Origin: a virus
DNA: 64,000 bases
Reading direction: 5' to 3' (one strand)
IMG/VR virus record: IMGVR_UViG_3300027969_000001
Location: 32,001 to 96,000 of that record
Made by a program: the position numbers and the translations under genes
Part shown: positions 30,020 through 38,488 of the stretch, piece after piece
Numbering within the stretch: the first letter of the stretch is position 1
Layout: each line of letters opens with the position of its first letter
Notes under the pieces: generated by a model
Seen by the model: the letters and a program-made list of their open reading frames with translations, nothing else
Database searches by the model: none
What the model was told of the DNA's origin: nothing

Positions 30020-30231
30020 ATAAGTCCCCCCAGCGGAGAACCCCACCTCACTCGGGTGGGGTTCTTCCCGTTCTCAAGACAGCCCCGTGGCTGTTCGGCA
30101 CGAACGGGGCTCTCATCGGCGAGCGAGCGAGAATGATTGGGGGTCGCGATAGAAAAGTTTCCAAAAGAAAAGGTTGCAATCCTGTACCTGCTGTGGTACG
30201 ATTTCATCAGACCAGTAGAAGGGGTTGACCA

Positions 30232-30531
30232 ATGAGGAAAGAGACACGCTCTCTCAAAAAGAAAGCCGAAGGCCTAGGCATTTCGGTAGATGAATTAGTT
30301 GAGGAAATGGAAGTCGGGAATCCCGACAAATCGTTCGTCATAACTGTGGCCTTTGACCGATACAAAGATTTGCGTTCGTTCGCAGACGAAATCGCTCAGA
30401 GAATGGGTCTCGCAATTTATCAGGCCGATTCACTTGACCACGAATACAACGGCAGTGTGCGAGACGGAATGTTCGTCCTGCGAGACCCGAACGGTTTCCA
30501 CGGCAAACCAGACCATTGGAGGGTTGACTAG
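30232..30531 (+). CDS. Hypothetical protein
   Basis: GAAGGGG RBS; promoter at 30176. Confidence 0.6.
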   Translation: MRKETRSLKKKAEGLGISVDELVEEMEVGNPDKSFVITVAFDRYKDLRSFADEIAQRMGLAIYQADSLDHEYNGSVRDGMFVLRDPNGFHGKPDHWRVD

Positions 30532-30605
30532 TGGTGATAGATAAGTCCCCTTGTAGTTCTGTACCTTATGTAGTACGCTCTGTTCAGACCACGGAAGGGG
30601 TTTCC

Positions 30606-30908
30606 ATGATAACAACGGAAAAATTCGAGATGCTCAAAGAGCAACTGGAAGCATCAACAGACCAGATGAAGAAAATGGTAGAGGCGCTAAGAACGCCAAC
30701 ACCATGCGATTGCTGCTTCTCAGACGAGGAGAACGCTGAGAATTATCGCGATTTTGAGAACGCAGTTCGCGACCTCTCTAACGAATGTCAAGAGATTGCG
30801 ATGAAGGCCTACGATTGCTACATGGCCATCACCCGCGCTCCACTGGAAATTGCGCTCGCACAACTGGATGCGATGCAAGAGGGCTACCGCCTCCTCGCCG
30901 AACAATAG
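30606..30908 (+). CDS. Hypothetical helical protein (start at MITTE)
   Basis: GAAGGGG RBS; promoter at 30553. Confidence 0.6.
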   Translation: MITTEKFEMLKEQLEASTDQMKKMVEALRTPTPCDCCFSDEENAENYRDFENAVRDLSNECQEIAMKAYDCYMAITRAPLEIALAQLDAMQEGYRLLAEQ

Positions 30909-31149
30909 GTAATAGATAAGTCCCCCGAGCACCCCCCGCTCGGGGGATTTTCTTTGCCCGTGACCCAGCCCGTACTTGTAATAGATAAGTCCCCTGTTGT
31001 GATGAAGCCCCGTCTTCGGCGGAGTCCGTTCGTCTCCGACGGGGCTCTCATCGGCGAGCGAGCGAGAGTGCATTGGGGGTCGTGATAAAAAAGTGTAGGT
31101 CTGTACCTAGTGCAGTACAGTGTGGTCATACCAACGGAAGGGGTACGAG

Positions 31150-31656
31150 ATGCCAAAGACGGCTCTACAAGTAAAGACCACAGGTGAAGTAGTAATGCTT
31201 GACCTAGAGGGTGACGAACTAGCAACACTGCAGAGTGCAGTGGGCGGATACATTGAAGCAATAAACTTCACCAACTCGCTGACTATGTGGTGCAACGAAG
31301 AAGGCAAACTAGACGGTCTCTCGCAGAACATCATTGCTCAACACTTCTATGACAATGCATACGGTGCAGGGCGTGACATTATCGTGGGTGATGTTGTATT
31401 CACTGGCGGTGCTGATGATGAAGGTGACACAATGGGTCTCCGTGAAGAATTGGTCAAAGACATTCACGAAGTAGCCGAGCGTCTTGCTCGCTCCGCAGTG
31501 TTCATCACCAAGGCAGAGACGAAGAAGGTCATGAGCTGGCAAGACCATCTCGGTGACGCTCCTATGACAGAGGAGAATGTGTGGCAGGCAATTGCTGATG
31601 CGAATGACCTTGACTACGACGAAATTGCTGACGGCGATTTATTTGAGTGGCTCTAG
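31150..31656 (+). CDS. DUF3846-like protein (paralog of 18912..19355)
   Basis: LQSAVGGYIE, CNEEGKL, IVGDVVFTG. Confidence 0.8.
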   Translation: MPKTALQVKTTGEVVMLDLEGDELATLQSAVGGYIEAINFTNSLTMWCNEEGKLDGLSQNIIAQHFYDNAYGAGRDIIVGDVVFTGGADDEGDTMGLREELVKDIHEVAERLARSAVFITKAETKKVMSWQDHLGDAPMTEENVWQAIADANDLDYDEIADGDLFEWL

Positions 31657-31743
31657 CGCTCAATTATTGGTAATAGATAAGTGCCAATTGTAGGTCTGAA
31701 CCTACGGTGGTACTGTGTGGTCACCTAAGGAAAGGGGTACGCA

Positions 31744-32085
31744 ATGTCATCAGACATTACATTCATCAACAGAGTGCAGGAAGCACTCACGGCAGGCAAG
31801 GTTATCGGGGACGGGCACACTCTGTTCGCTCCCGAGTTCTACGAGCCGTACTTCACGGCAGAGGAACTCTCTAGCCTTATTCGTAAGCACGAATCTCACG
31901 GCTCGTGGAAATCCACCATCTTTGACGAGGACGGCAATGTCATTCCTGAATTAGAGGCTATCTACAATCTAGATTTTCTCTACTGGCTCGCAGGGCAACT
32001 CGGAGTGACGGAGCGCACCACAGCGAACGGCAGAGGCTCGCAGGCTCAGCAACTCGTAGGGTACATCAGAGAAATACTGGTCTAA
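31744..32085 (+). CDS. Hypothetical protein
   Basis: AAAGGGG RBS; promoter at 31690. Confidence 0.65.
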   Translation: MSSDITFINRVQEALTAGKVIGDGHTLFAPEFYEPYFTAEELSSLIRKHESHGSWKSTIFDEDGNVIPELEAIYNLDFLYWLAGQLGVTERTTANGRGSQAQQLVGYIREILV

Positions 32086-32299
32086 CCAACAGAGCCACAA
32101 CGGCTCCCTACTGAATAGATAAGTCCCCCGAGTGTCATTGCTCGGGGGACTTGTCGTGTCCATGCACATTCGAGTCTTGTATCTGTAATAGATAAGTACC
32201 CCGCGCCAAGGAAGCCCCGGGTGACTCCGTTTCACACGGGGCTCTCTTGTGAGATTGTTTAAAGATGTGTAGGATTGCTTAACTATTCAGGAGGACATC

Positions 32300-32503
32300 A
32301 TGGGAGAACCAAAGAAGAAAGCCACATCGCGTAAATCGCCGGCTAAGAAAAAAGCCGAGCCAGTAGTGCGTACGGTGACAGTGGGTAACGTGACCAGCAC
32401 GCAGCCTCTTACGTACGTCACGAGCTTCCCGAAGGTAATTACAAAGTCGACAGATACCCGTATTAAGTCAGTCAACGTAACAATCGTATTTGGAGAAGGC
32501 TGA
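32300..32503 (+). CDS. Small basic protein
   Basis: AGGAGG RBS. Confidence 0.55.
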   Translation: MGEPKKKATSRKSPAKKKAEPVVRTVTVGNVTSTQPLTYVTSFPKVITKSTDTRIKSVNVTIVFGEG

Positions 32504-32576
32504 ACCGGTGGTGGGGAAAGATGCATGGGGATTCGACCCTTCCGATATGATGGCCCGTATGAAAGAGGAGAAAAAG

Positions 32577-32801
32577 ATGACGTTCGATGAATGGATTAAA
32601 GTAGGACTTGAGTCCGGATGGTGTGGTCCACCGGTCTGTTATACCCATGATGGGCTGCCAATGTCCGAAGAAGAAGAGTCAGAATTCGAAGAGGGAGACC
32701 CATGCATTCACGTGATTCGTATGTACGAGAGCGAAGAGCACAAGCAATCAATAGAGGACGCACACTCGCCGAGCCAGTGGCGCAATCACTACTCGAAGTA
32801 G
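32577..32801 (+). CDS. Small Cys/His protein (start at MTFDEW)
   Basis: GAGGAG RBS; C..HDG...C.H. Confidence 0.55.
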   Translation: MTFDEWIKVGLESGWCGPPVCYTHDGLPMSEEEESEFEEGDPCIHVIRMYESEEHKQSIEDAHSPSQWRNHYSK

Positions 32802-32994
32802 TTGATGAATTCGTAGCTTTCTTAAGGAACAGCGCAATATTCCACTTGCTAATGAGTCTGCTTGCTGGGTTCATGGGGCTGATGAACACATCAGACTTCA
32901 TAGCAACGCTACTGATTATATCTGCTGCAGCAAATTCACTTTACGCACTCCATTTGGGTGACGTGAATGGGGTTCTAGATAGATAAGTCGCTGA

Positions 32995-33312
32995 TTAGCA
33001 GCAGCGAGTGCGCCCGATGCGCGTTGGACGATGTGCTTTCACAATGTCGCCGGCAAGCTTTACTGCGCTTGATACAGGGGTTGACTTCTTTGCTATTTCC
33101 TCAACAACCGGAGCAGTCTCTACTACTGGCTCAACGATTGCCTCGACTACCGGCTCTGGCTCAACTGGAGCAGGCTCAATGATTGGCTCTGGCTCGACTA
33201 CTGTCTCTTCTTGGACAGGCTCAACTACTTGCTCTTCTGTGGCTTCCGTAACTATTTCGTCTACTTCGACGGTCTCGTTGCCAAATTCATCTGTTTTCTT
33301 GCGTGTTGCCAT
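32995..33312 (-). CDS. Glu/Pro/Val-rich low-complexity protein
   Basis: EPV repeats; start uncertain. Confidence 0.5.
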   Translation of the reverse strand: MATRKKTDEFGNETVEVDEIVTEATEEQVVEPVQEETVVEPEPIIEPAPVEPEPVVEAIVEPVVETAPVVEEIAKKSTPVSSAVKLAGDIVKAHRPTRIGRTRCC

Positions 33313-33353
33313 ACGTATATTGTAGATGATGGTCACCTGCACTGGTACAACTC

Positions 33354-33560
33354 CTAGAAAAGGGCATCCTGAATAGACACATTGAGGTTTTTATGGTCAC
33401 ATACATCATGTTTGTATCGATGAAGGTCCTCAACTACGCCGGCAACAGTATTGGTCTTGCCTCTAAGCCAGACGATAGCCAATCTGCTGCACCCATTGTC
33501 TTGAGGCCGAAGAGCAAACCCGCACACCTCGCATGTGTAAAGAGGCGGAATTCCACTCAC
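33354..33560 (-). CDS. Small Zn-finger protein
   Basis: CxxC...HxxC. Confidence 0.5.
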   Translation of the reverse strand: MSGIPPLYTCEVCGFALRPQDNGCSRLAIVWLRGKTNTVAGVVEDLHRYKHDVCDHKNLNVSIQDALF

Positions 33561-33766
33561 TTGTTAGCCATCCAATCAACCACGTAACCAAAGGAATAAT
33601 CCTCAAGGGCTTCGTCAGTTCCGCATCCGGAGCAGATTTCTGTTTTGTTGTCCAAACGGGAGAGAGCCCCCGGATATGCGCCCGGATATATATTGTTCGG
33701 AATCTGTCCACCACAACGGGGACACTCGTACTTGTTTTCAGTTGCTGTTTCAGTATTTGTATTCAT
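33557..33766 (-). CDS. Small Zn-finger protein
   Basis: CPRCG...ALSR.DN.T.IC..CG..EA. Confidence 0.7.
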   Translation of the reverse strand: MNTNTETATENKYECPRCGGQIPNNIYPGAYPGALSRLDNKTEICSGCGTDEALEDYSFGYVVDWMANK

Positions 33767-33775
33767 TAGTTTCTC

Positions 33776-34321
33776 CTAACGTAGGGATGAGTCAAGGTTG
33801 TAGTAATCATCAGATAGCCATGAGCGGAAAGATTTAATGTCTTTCTTTTTTACTAACACGGCTATTCCTGTTGAGAATACGTTTGATGTTGGGTCGGCCA
33901 CTATAGCGACCGGGCATGGTGAATAGATTTCCCCTGCAAGCATAGCGTCTGCCCATTCATTAAAGTTCGCTTTGCGTTCACCGATTGGGTCGCCTCCCCA
34001 ATTCGCTGTAGTCCACCCAGTGAGTACATTGTCCCACCCTTCGATTGTGGTGTCGTAGTGACCACGCCATCCATCGCTCGATACCCATTCGCGTTTGATG
34101 TTGAGTTTGTGGGGGTCCACAGGGTTTCCGAATTCGTTAAAGATGTCAAGGTCGCCGACGTAGATTTTCACTACCTTATCCTCGATTAGGTTGATAGTTG
34201 ACGCTGACTGGCTGTCACTTTCCCAGCAACTCCAGCAGACATAGTCCTCCTTGACAGAGGCATAGCGACTGTCATCACCACCTTCAGGGTCTATTGGTTC
34301 CCTGCACTCTGCGCATACCAT
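33776..34321 (-). CDS. Hypothetical protein with N-terminal Zn finger
   Basis: Two CxxC motifs; GGAGGAG RBS. Confidence 0.65.
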   Translation of the reverse strand: MVCAECREPIDPEGGDDSRYASVKEDYVCWSCWESDSQSASTINLIEDKVVKIYVGDLDIFNEFGNPVDPHKLNIKREWVSSDGWRGHYDTTIEGWDNVLTGWTTANWGGDPIGERKANFNEWADAMLAGEIYSPCPVAIVADPTSNVFSTGIAVLVKKKDIKSFRSWLSDDYYNLDSSLR

Positions 34322-34400
34322 TGGTTTCTCCTCCTTGGCTTAATGACTGAATGATACCCATAGGTGCACATTTACGCAAACGCAGTGTAGGATAAATTAT

Positions 34401-34470
34401 GGCTAGTGGGACATGTGCTTCCGTTTCTCCTTTCGGTACCCCCTTCACGTGCATGTCTCGCTAGCCTTTT
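34401..34470 (+). ncRNA. Candidate sRNA: 18-bp stem, 30-nt pyrimidine-rich loop of anti-RBS motifs, U-tail
   Basis: Four G-U pairs on the + strand; TAGGAT -10 at 34388. Confidence 0.55.
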
Positions 34471-34482
34471 ATCTTGTAAGGG

Positions 34483-36417
34483 GTGAGGGCTCACAGTATG
34501 CGACTTTATTTAGACAACGACGAGATAGTTCTTGACTTTCCGTTCGATAAAGAGCAAGTGAATGAACTCAAAGCAATCTCCGGTGCTCGCTGGGACAAGC
34601 TTACGAAATTGTGGCGACTACCTATCACCTCTGTAACCGAAGGAAGAGACTTCGCACTCAAGCACGGGTTTGATGTAACCGTTGATGTAATGAAGTTCAC
34701 TGTTCCTCAAGACAAGAAGCCATCTGCTGCTCGTGTATGGATAAACGCCGGCAGTATCAGTATTCGTTACCCGTACGAGCGCGTGGCCATTAAAGCAATC
34801 AAGCAAATACCCGCAGTGTCTTGGGATGGGGAACAACGAGCGTGGACTGCACCCATGTCATCAGTCAAGAACGTAATTGCGTGGGCTGGAATGTTTAACG
34901 TTACGGTTGATAACGAAATCATGGTCGAAGCAACCCATGTAGAAGAAAAGACTAATCAACTCATCGAAGCATCTCGCTCTACTGATGCAGTCATAGCAAT
35001 AGATAAGTTGCAGGGTGATTTGCTTCCGTATCAAAGAGCCGGTGTGCAGTATGCAGCCAACGCTCGTAGAACATTCATCGCAGACGAGATGGGTCTTGGA
35101 AAGACAATTCAGGCAATATGCACTGTTGAGTACGTAATGGATTCGTATCCGGTAGTAGTTGTATGCCCACCGAGCCTTGTACTTAACTGGGCTAAGGAGT
35201 GGAATAAGTGGTTACCCGAGAGACGAGTAACTACCGTAACGAATAGGAAAGTGTTTCCAGATGAAGAAACATATGACGTTGTCATCGTTGGTTACAGCAA
35301 CATCCCTCACTGGGAGAAGAGGCTCACCGGACATCGCTCGTACATTTTCGACGAGAGTCACTATTGTAAGACGCCTACTGCACAACGAACCAAGGCAGCA
35401 GTCAAGATAGCCCGTAGTGCTCCGAAGGAAGGTCTTGTTCTCTGTCTTACCGGAACACCCGTGACCAACCGGCCAAACGAATACGCTTCACAACTCGAGA
35501 TACTCGGAAGACTCAAAGAGTTCGGTGGGTTGTGGGGTTTCTACCGGCGTTATTGTGCTGCGTATCAAGACTCGTTTGGTCAATGGAACATCAGTGGGAA
35601 CTCTCACTTAGATGAACTCAACGACAGACTACGTGGAGCGTGTTACATACGCCGAACAAAAGACCAAGTTCTTTCCGAGTTGCCACCCGTAGTCCATAGC
35701 CGGCTTGTCGTCGAAGGAAGCTCGGCCGGAATGAAGGAGTATGTCAAGGCAGAAAAGGACATCTTGTTCTACATCGCTGAACGCGCACGGCAACTTGCTA
35801 TAGAACGAGGCGAGCCGTCTCACAAAGCAGCGATGGCTGCAATGATTAGAGCCGAAGCCAATGAACACCTCGTTCGGTTGTCCATACTTAGAAGACTTGC
35901 TGCCAAAGCGAAGATGGATTCCGTACACGAATGGGTTGATGCGCACCTAGAGGACGGCAAGAAGGTAGTGATTGCTGCTCACCACAGAGAGATAGTCGAC
36001 GAGTTGTCTAATAAGTACGGCAATCTACGTATCCAAGGAGGGATGTCCGTAGAGGAAGTCGAACTAAACAAGAAGAAGTTCCAAGAGTTAGGCGTCGACA
36101 AGGCACCCGTAATCGTTTTGTCGATGCAGGCAGCAAAGACCGGACACACGTTGACTGCTTCGGAGAACTGTCTGTTCGTGGAACTCCCGTGGACACCCGC
36201 GGACGTAGACCAAACTTACAGCAGATTGCACAGACTGGGACAAAAGGGCAGCGTGACGGCGACTTATCTATTAGCAGCCGGAACAATCGATGAAGATATT
36301 TACGATTTAATAGATAAAAAGCGTTCCGTAGTCGATGCAGCCGTAGAAGGTGGCGAAGTATCTAGCGTAAATGGCACCGTACAGATGATTATGGGCCTAT
36401 TTGATAGGGCTCGCTAG
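34483..36417 (+). CDS. SNF2-family helicase (SMARCAL1/HARP-like annealing helicase architecture)
   Basis: DEMGLGKT, DESH, LTGTP, QxxxRxxRxGQ; two N-terminal HARP-like repeats; start may be 34498. Confidence 0.9.
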   Translation: MRAHSMRLYLDNDEIVLDFPFDKEQVNELKAISGARWDKLTKLWRLPITSVTEGRDFALKHGFDVTVDVMKFTVPQDKKPSAARVWINAGSISIRYPYERVAIKAIKQIPAVSWDGEQRAWTAPMSSVKNVIAWAGMFNVTVDNEIMVEATHVEEKTNQLIEASRSTDAVIAIDKLQGDLLPYQRAGVQYAANARRTFIADEMGLGKTIQAICTVEYVMDSYPVVVVCPPSLVLNWAKEWNKWLPERRVTTVTNRKVFPDEETYDVVIVGYSNIPHWEKRLTGHRSYIFDESHYCKTPTAQRTKAAVKIARSAPKEGLVLCLTGTPVTNRPNEYASQLEILGRLKEFGGLWGFYRRYCAAYQDSFGQWNISGNSHLDELNDRLRGACYIRRTKDQVLSELPPVVHSRLVVEGSSAGMKEYVKAEKDILFYIAERARQLAIERGEPSHKAAMAAMIRAEANEHLVRLSILRRLAAKAKMDSVHEWVDAHLEDGKKVVIAAHHREIVDELSNKYGNLRIQGGMSVEEVELNKKKFQELGVDKAPVIVLSMQAAKTGHTLTASENCLFVELPWTPADVDQTYSRLHRLGQKGSVTATYLLAAGTIDEDIYDLIDKKRSVVDAAVEGGEVSSVNGTVQMIMGLFDRAR

Positions 36418-36869
36418 GGCTTTGGAGCGTCTTCTGACTCGTTAGTATCGACGCCATTGACGATTTCTGCGGCTATTAGCTTGGAGTATTTTCTCCGTAA
36501 GCGCCAAATCTTCTTGTTCATCTCCATTAGGCGGTTACTCATACGTGCCTTTATGACAGCATCGTCGTCGAACACCCCGTGGTTATCAAAGAGGGCATCA
36601 TGAAGGTCAGCATCCTCAAGGATTATGTCTGAAATCCACCCAGCACGCTTATCGATAGCGAGCATCAATTCACACATGCCTTCAACGCCGAACTCTTTCC
36701 AGAGACGATTGACAACGATAGAGCAGAAGTGTGACCGGTACATCTTTTCTGCCTTACTTGATTGAGACATGAAGTCCGATAGCCATACCGCTAACTCTTC
36801 AGTGGTTGGGGCATCGTCGTCTTCTGAGTCGAAGTCATAGAAACGTTCATTATCACTATTGTTGTCCAT
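36414..36869 (-). CDS. Hypothetical protein
   Basis: 151-aa ORF with GAGG RBS. Confidence 0.6.
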   Translation of the reverse strand: MDNNSDNERFYDFDSEDDDAPTTEELAVWLSDFMSQSSKAEKMYRSHFCSIVVNRLWKEFGVEGMCELMLAIDKRAGWISDIILEDADLHDALFDNHGVFDDDAVIKARMSNRLMEMNKKIWRLRRKYSKLIAAEIVNGVDTNESEDAPKP

Positions 36870-36916
36870 GATGCCTCACTTAATCTCGTGATACACAATG
36901 ATACAGCGTAATGATG

Positions 36917-37942
36917 TTAGATAGACGACAAGAGGAAATGTTGCGACTTCAGCTTAGCTCTTGTCACCCATGAGTTCGAATCCATTGATGCGAGCGCGCG
37001 TTCACGTATGGACGCGTCACGGTAATGGTCAAGGTATTCACCGATTGCGTTAACAGCAGACCACCCGTTGTACCCGTAGCCTTTTGCGTTGTTCTGGTTT
37101 TCGTAGACTCCACGAACAAGTGACATTACGTTGTCATGGTTCTTCTTCTGTCTCTCCGTGGCCCCTGAATCAATAGGAAATGTAGCGATAAGTAAGTCAT
37201 TGAGAAGCTTAGAGCGTGGTGCTACCGGAATGGCCAACAAACGTTCTGCCGTCTGCGTGAATTGGCGTGCCCATTCGTTAGAGATGTTGAGTACTTCGTT
37301 AGCCTCTTCCATTACTCTGTCAGCGTTGCGTGTGTGGCGAGCAGTAAACACCCGTTTGGCACCCGTGATGCCTGCGGTCACTGTGTTCTTGCAAACGGCT
37401 CTAATTGATGTATTCGCAAAGGTGATAGCGGTCTTGCCATCGTGACCATTGTGTACAAGTAGGTAACGAGCAATCTCATCATTAATACCCTTTGGGTCAA
37501 TAACGAGAGCGCCTAGGTCTATGGATGAGAAGAACTCTCTGCCACCATTAAGCACTCCACAAGTATCAACAACGGCATCACCAGATGAAGCGCCGGCTAT
37601 GGCAAGGGCGTAATCAAGACATTCACGGTTCTGCTGCACCACATACCGTGTGCCTACCGTAGCCAATCCATCAAAGGTTCCATTCGGGTTGACTCTTACC
37701 GTGGCTCTACTGTCAGGAACTAGGACAGGCGTACCATCGGAGTTGCGAATAGGTTCACCATTGTCATCGCACACAGCAACACGCGTGGTCACTACATCAA
37801 AATCTGCCTGAGCAGCGGTAAGCATTGCTTCGGCGGTTTGGAGTCCCTTCATAGGGGTTCCGAGTCTGTGCCAAGGGATTTCTCTATCAGCAAAAGCCAT
37901 TCGTGCTGTGCCGTCTGATTCGATTTCTAGTTGATGAGCCAT
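36917..37942 (-). CDS. DUF932 (phage/plasmid-related, TIGR03299-like) protein
   Basis: PWHRLG, Y..VQN, HDG, R.VC.NT, RHT, W.A.NA..EY.DH. Confidence 0.85.
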   Translation of the reverse strand: MAHQLEIESDGTARMAFADREIPWHRLGTPMKGLQTAEAMLTAAQADFDVVTTRVAVCDDNGEPIRNSDGTPVLVPDSRATVRVNPNGTFDGLATVGTRYVVQQNRECLDYALAIAGASSGDAVVDTCGVLNGGREFFSSIDLGALVIDPKGINDEIARYLLVHNGHDGKTAITFANTSIRAVCKNTVTAGITGAKRVFTARHTRNADRVMEEANEVLNISNEWARQFTQTAERLLAIPVAPRSKLLNDLLIATFPIDSGATERQKKNHDNVMSLVRGVYENQNNAKGYGYNGWSAVNAIGEYLDHYRDASIRERALASMDSNSWVTRAKLKSQHFLLSSI

Positions 37943-38013
37943 AACGTGTCCGTCTCTCTATATGTTTAGATAAATCTATCTGAATGAAGTTTACACAACA
38001 GGGACGTCTGTGG

Positions 38014-38082
38014 TGTTTAATCCTCGAGTTTAGAAATGTTTAGTCCTCGAGTTTAGAAATGTTTAGTCCTCGGATTTAGAAG
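38014..38082. repeat. Three tandem 23-bp repeats TGTTTAGTCCTCGAGTTTAGAAA
   Basis: 38014-36, 38037-59, 38060-82. Confidence 0.85.
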
Positions 38083-38488
38083 AGGAACGCCTGTATGGGT
38101 AGGCGGGGTGATTGCGCTTGGCTGATTGCTTAGCATCCTCAACTTCGTTATAGATAACAAGGCCTCCTAGCGTTGCGCCTATGGTGCCTACTAGCAACAA
38201 CACTATACCCGTGGCTACTTTCATGAAGTCAGCCATTGCGTAACCAAGCACTATCGAGAAGATACCAAGTGCAGGCAATGCGATAAGCATTATCCCTACT
38301 ATGTGAAACACGGTGTATGGGTCGATGCCGTTCTTTACTGACGAGTTCATATCGTCAATCCAATCGATAAACCTATCGAACGAATGGCGTGTGTCAATGT
38401 CTTTCATGATTCTCCTTATTTTCATCATCACTGTACAGCATCCTAATAGATAAGCTATGCTTTCACTATGCCAGTACTTTACGGTCAC
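38063..38488 (-). CDS. Two-TM membrane protein (true start probably internal)
   Basis: AGGAG before MKDID; hydrophobic helices. Confidence 0.6.
   Translation of the reverse strand: MTVKYWHSESIAYLLGCCTVMMKIRRIMKDIDTRHSFDRFIDWIDDMNSSVKNGIDPYTVFHIVGIMLIALPALGIFSIVLGYAMADFMKVATGIVLLLVGTIGATLGGLVIYNEVEDAKQSAKRNHPAYPYRRSSSKSED

Larger units (their letters stand above)
13548..32243. repeat. Composite palindromic element AGCCCCG-N16/17/27-CGGGGCT with outer arms TTTYTATCNCNACCCC / GGGGTNGNGATARAAA (16 copies)
   Basis: Cores at 13596, 16662, 18482, 20054, 20962, 21868, 23297, 24580, 25295, 26070, 27928, 29037, 29572, 30081, 31006, 32213; all intergenic with respect to credible genes. Confidence 0.9.

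Noticed and set aside
13548-32243. Palindromes as IS200/IS605 ends, MITEs or classical integron attC sites
   Set aside because: No transposase or integrase in the window, no visible target-site duplications, no consistent RYYYAAC/GTTRRRY boxes; kept only as analogies.
13596-32243. Palindromes as intrinsic terminators
   Set aside because: Loops of fixed 16/17/27 nt, no U-tracts, and separate terminator-like hairpins exist nearer the gene ends.
34351-34376. Additional promoter-family copy (GTGCACC-N6-TATCAT)
   Set aside because: Spacing and core deviate from the consensus, so it was not counted.
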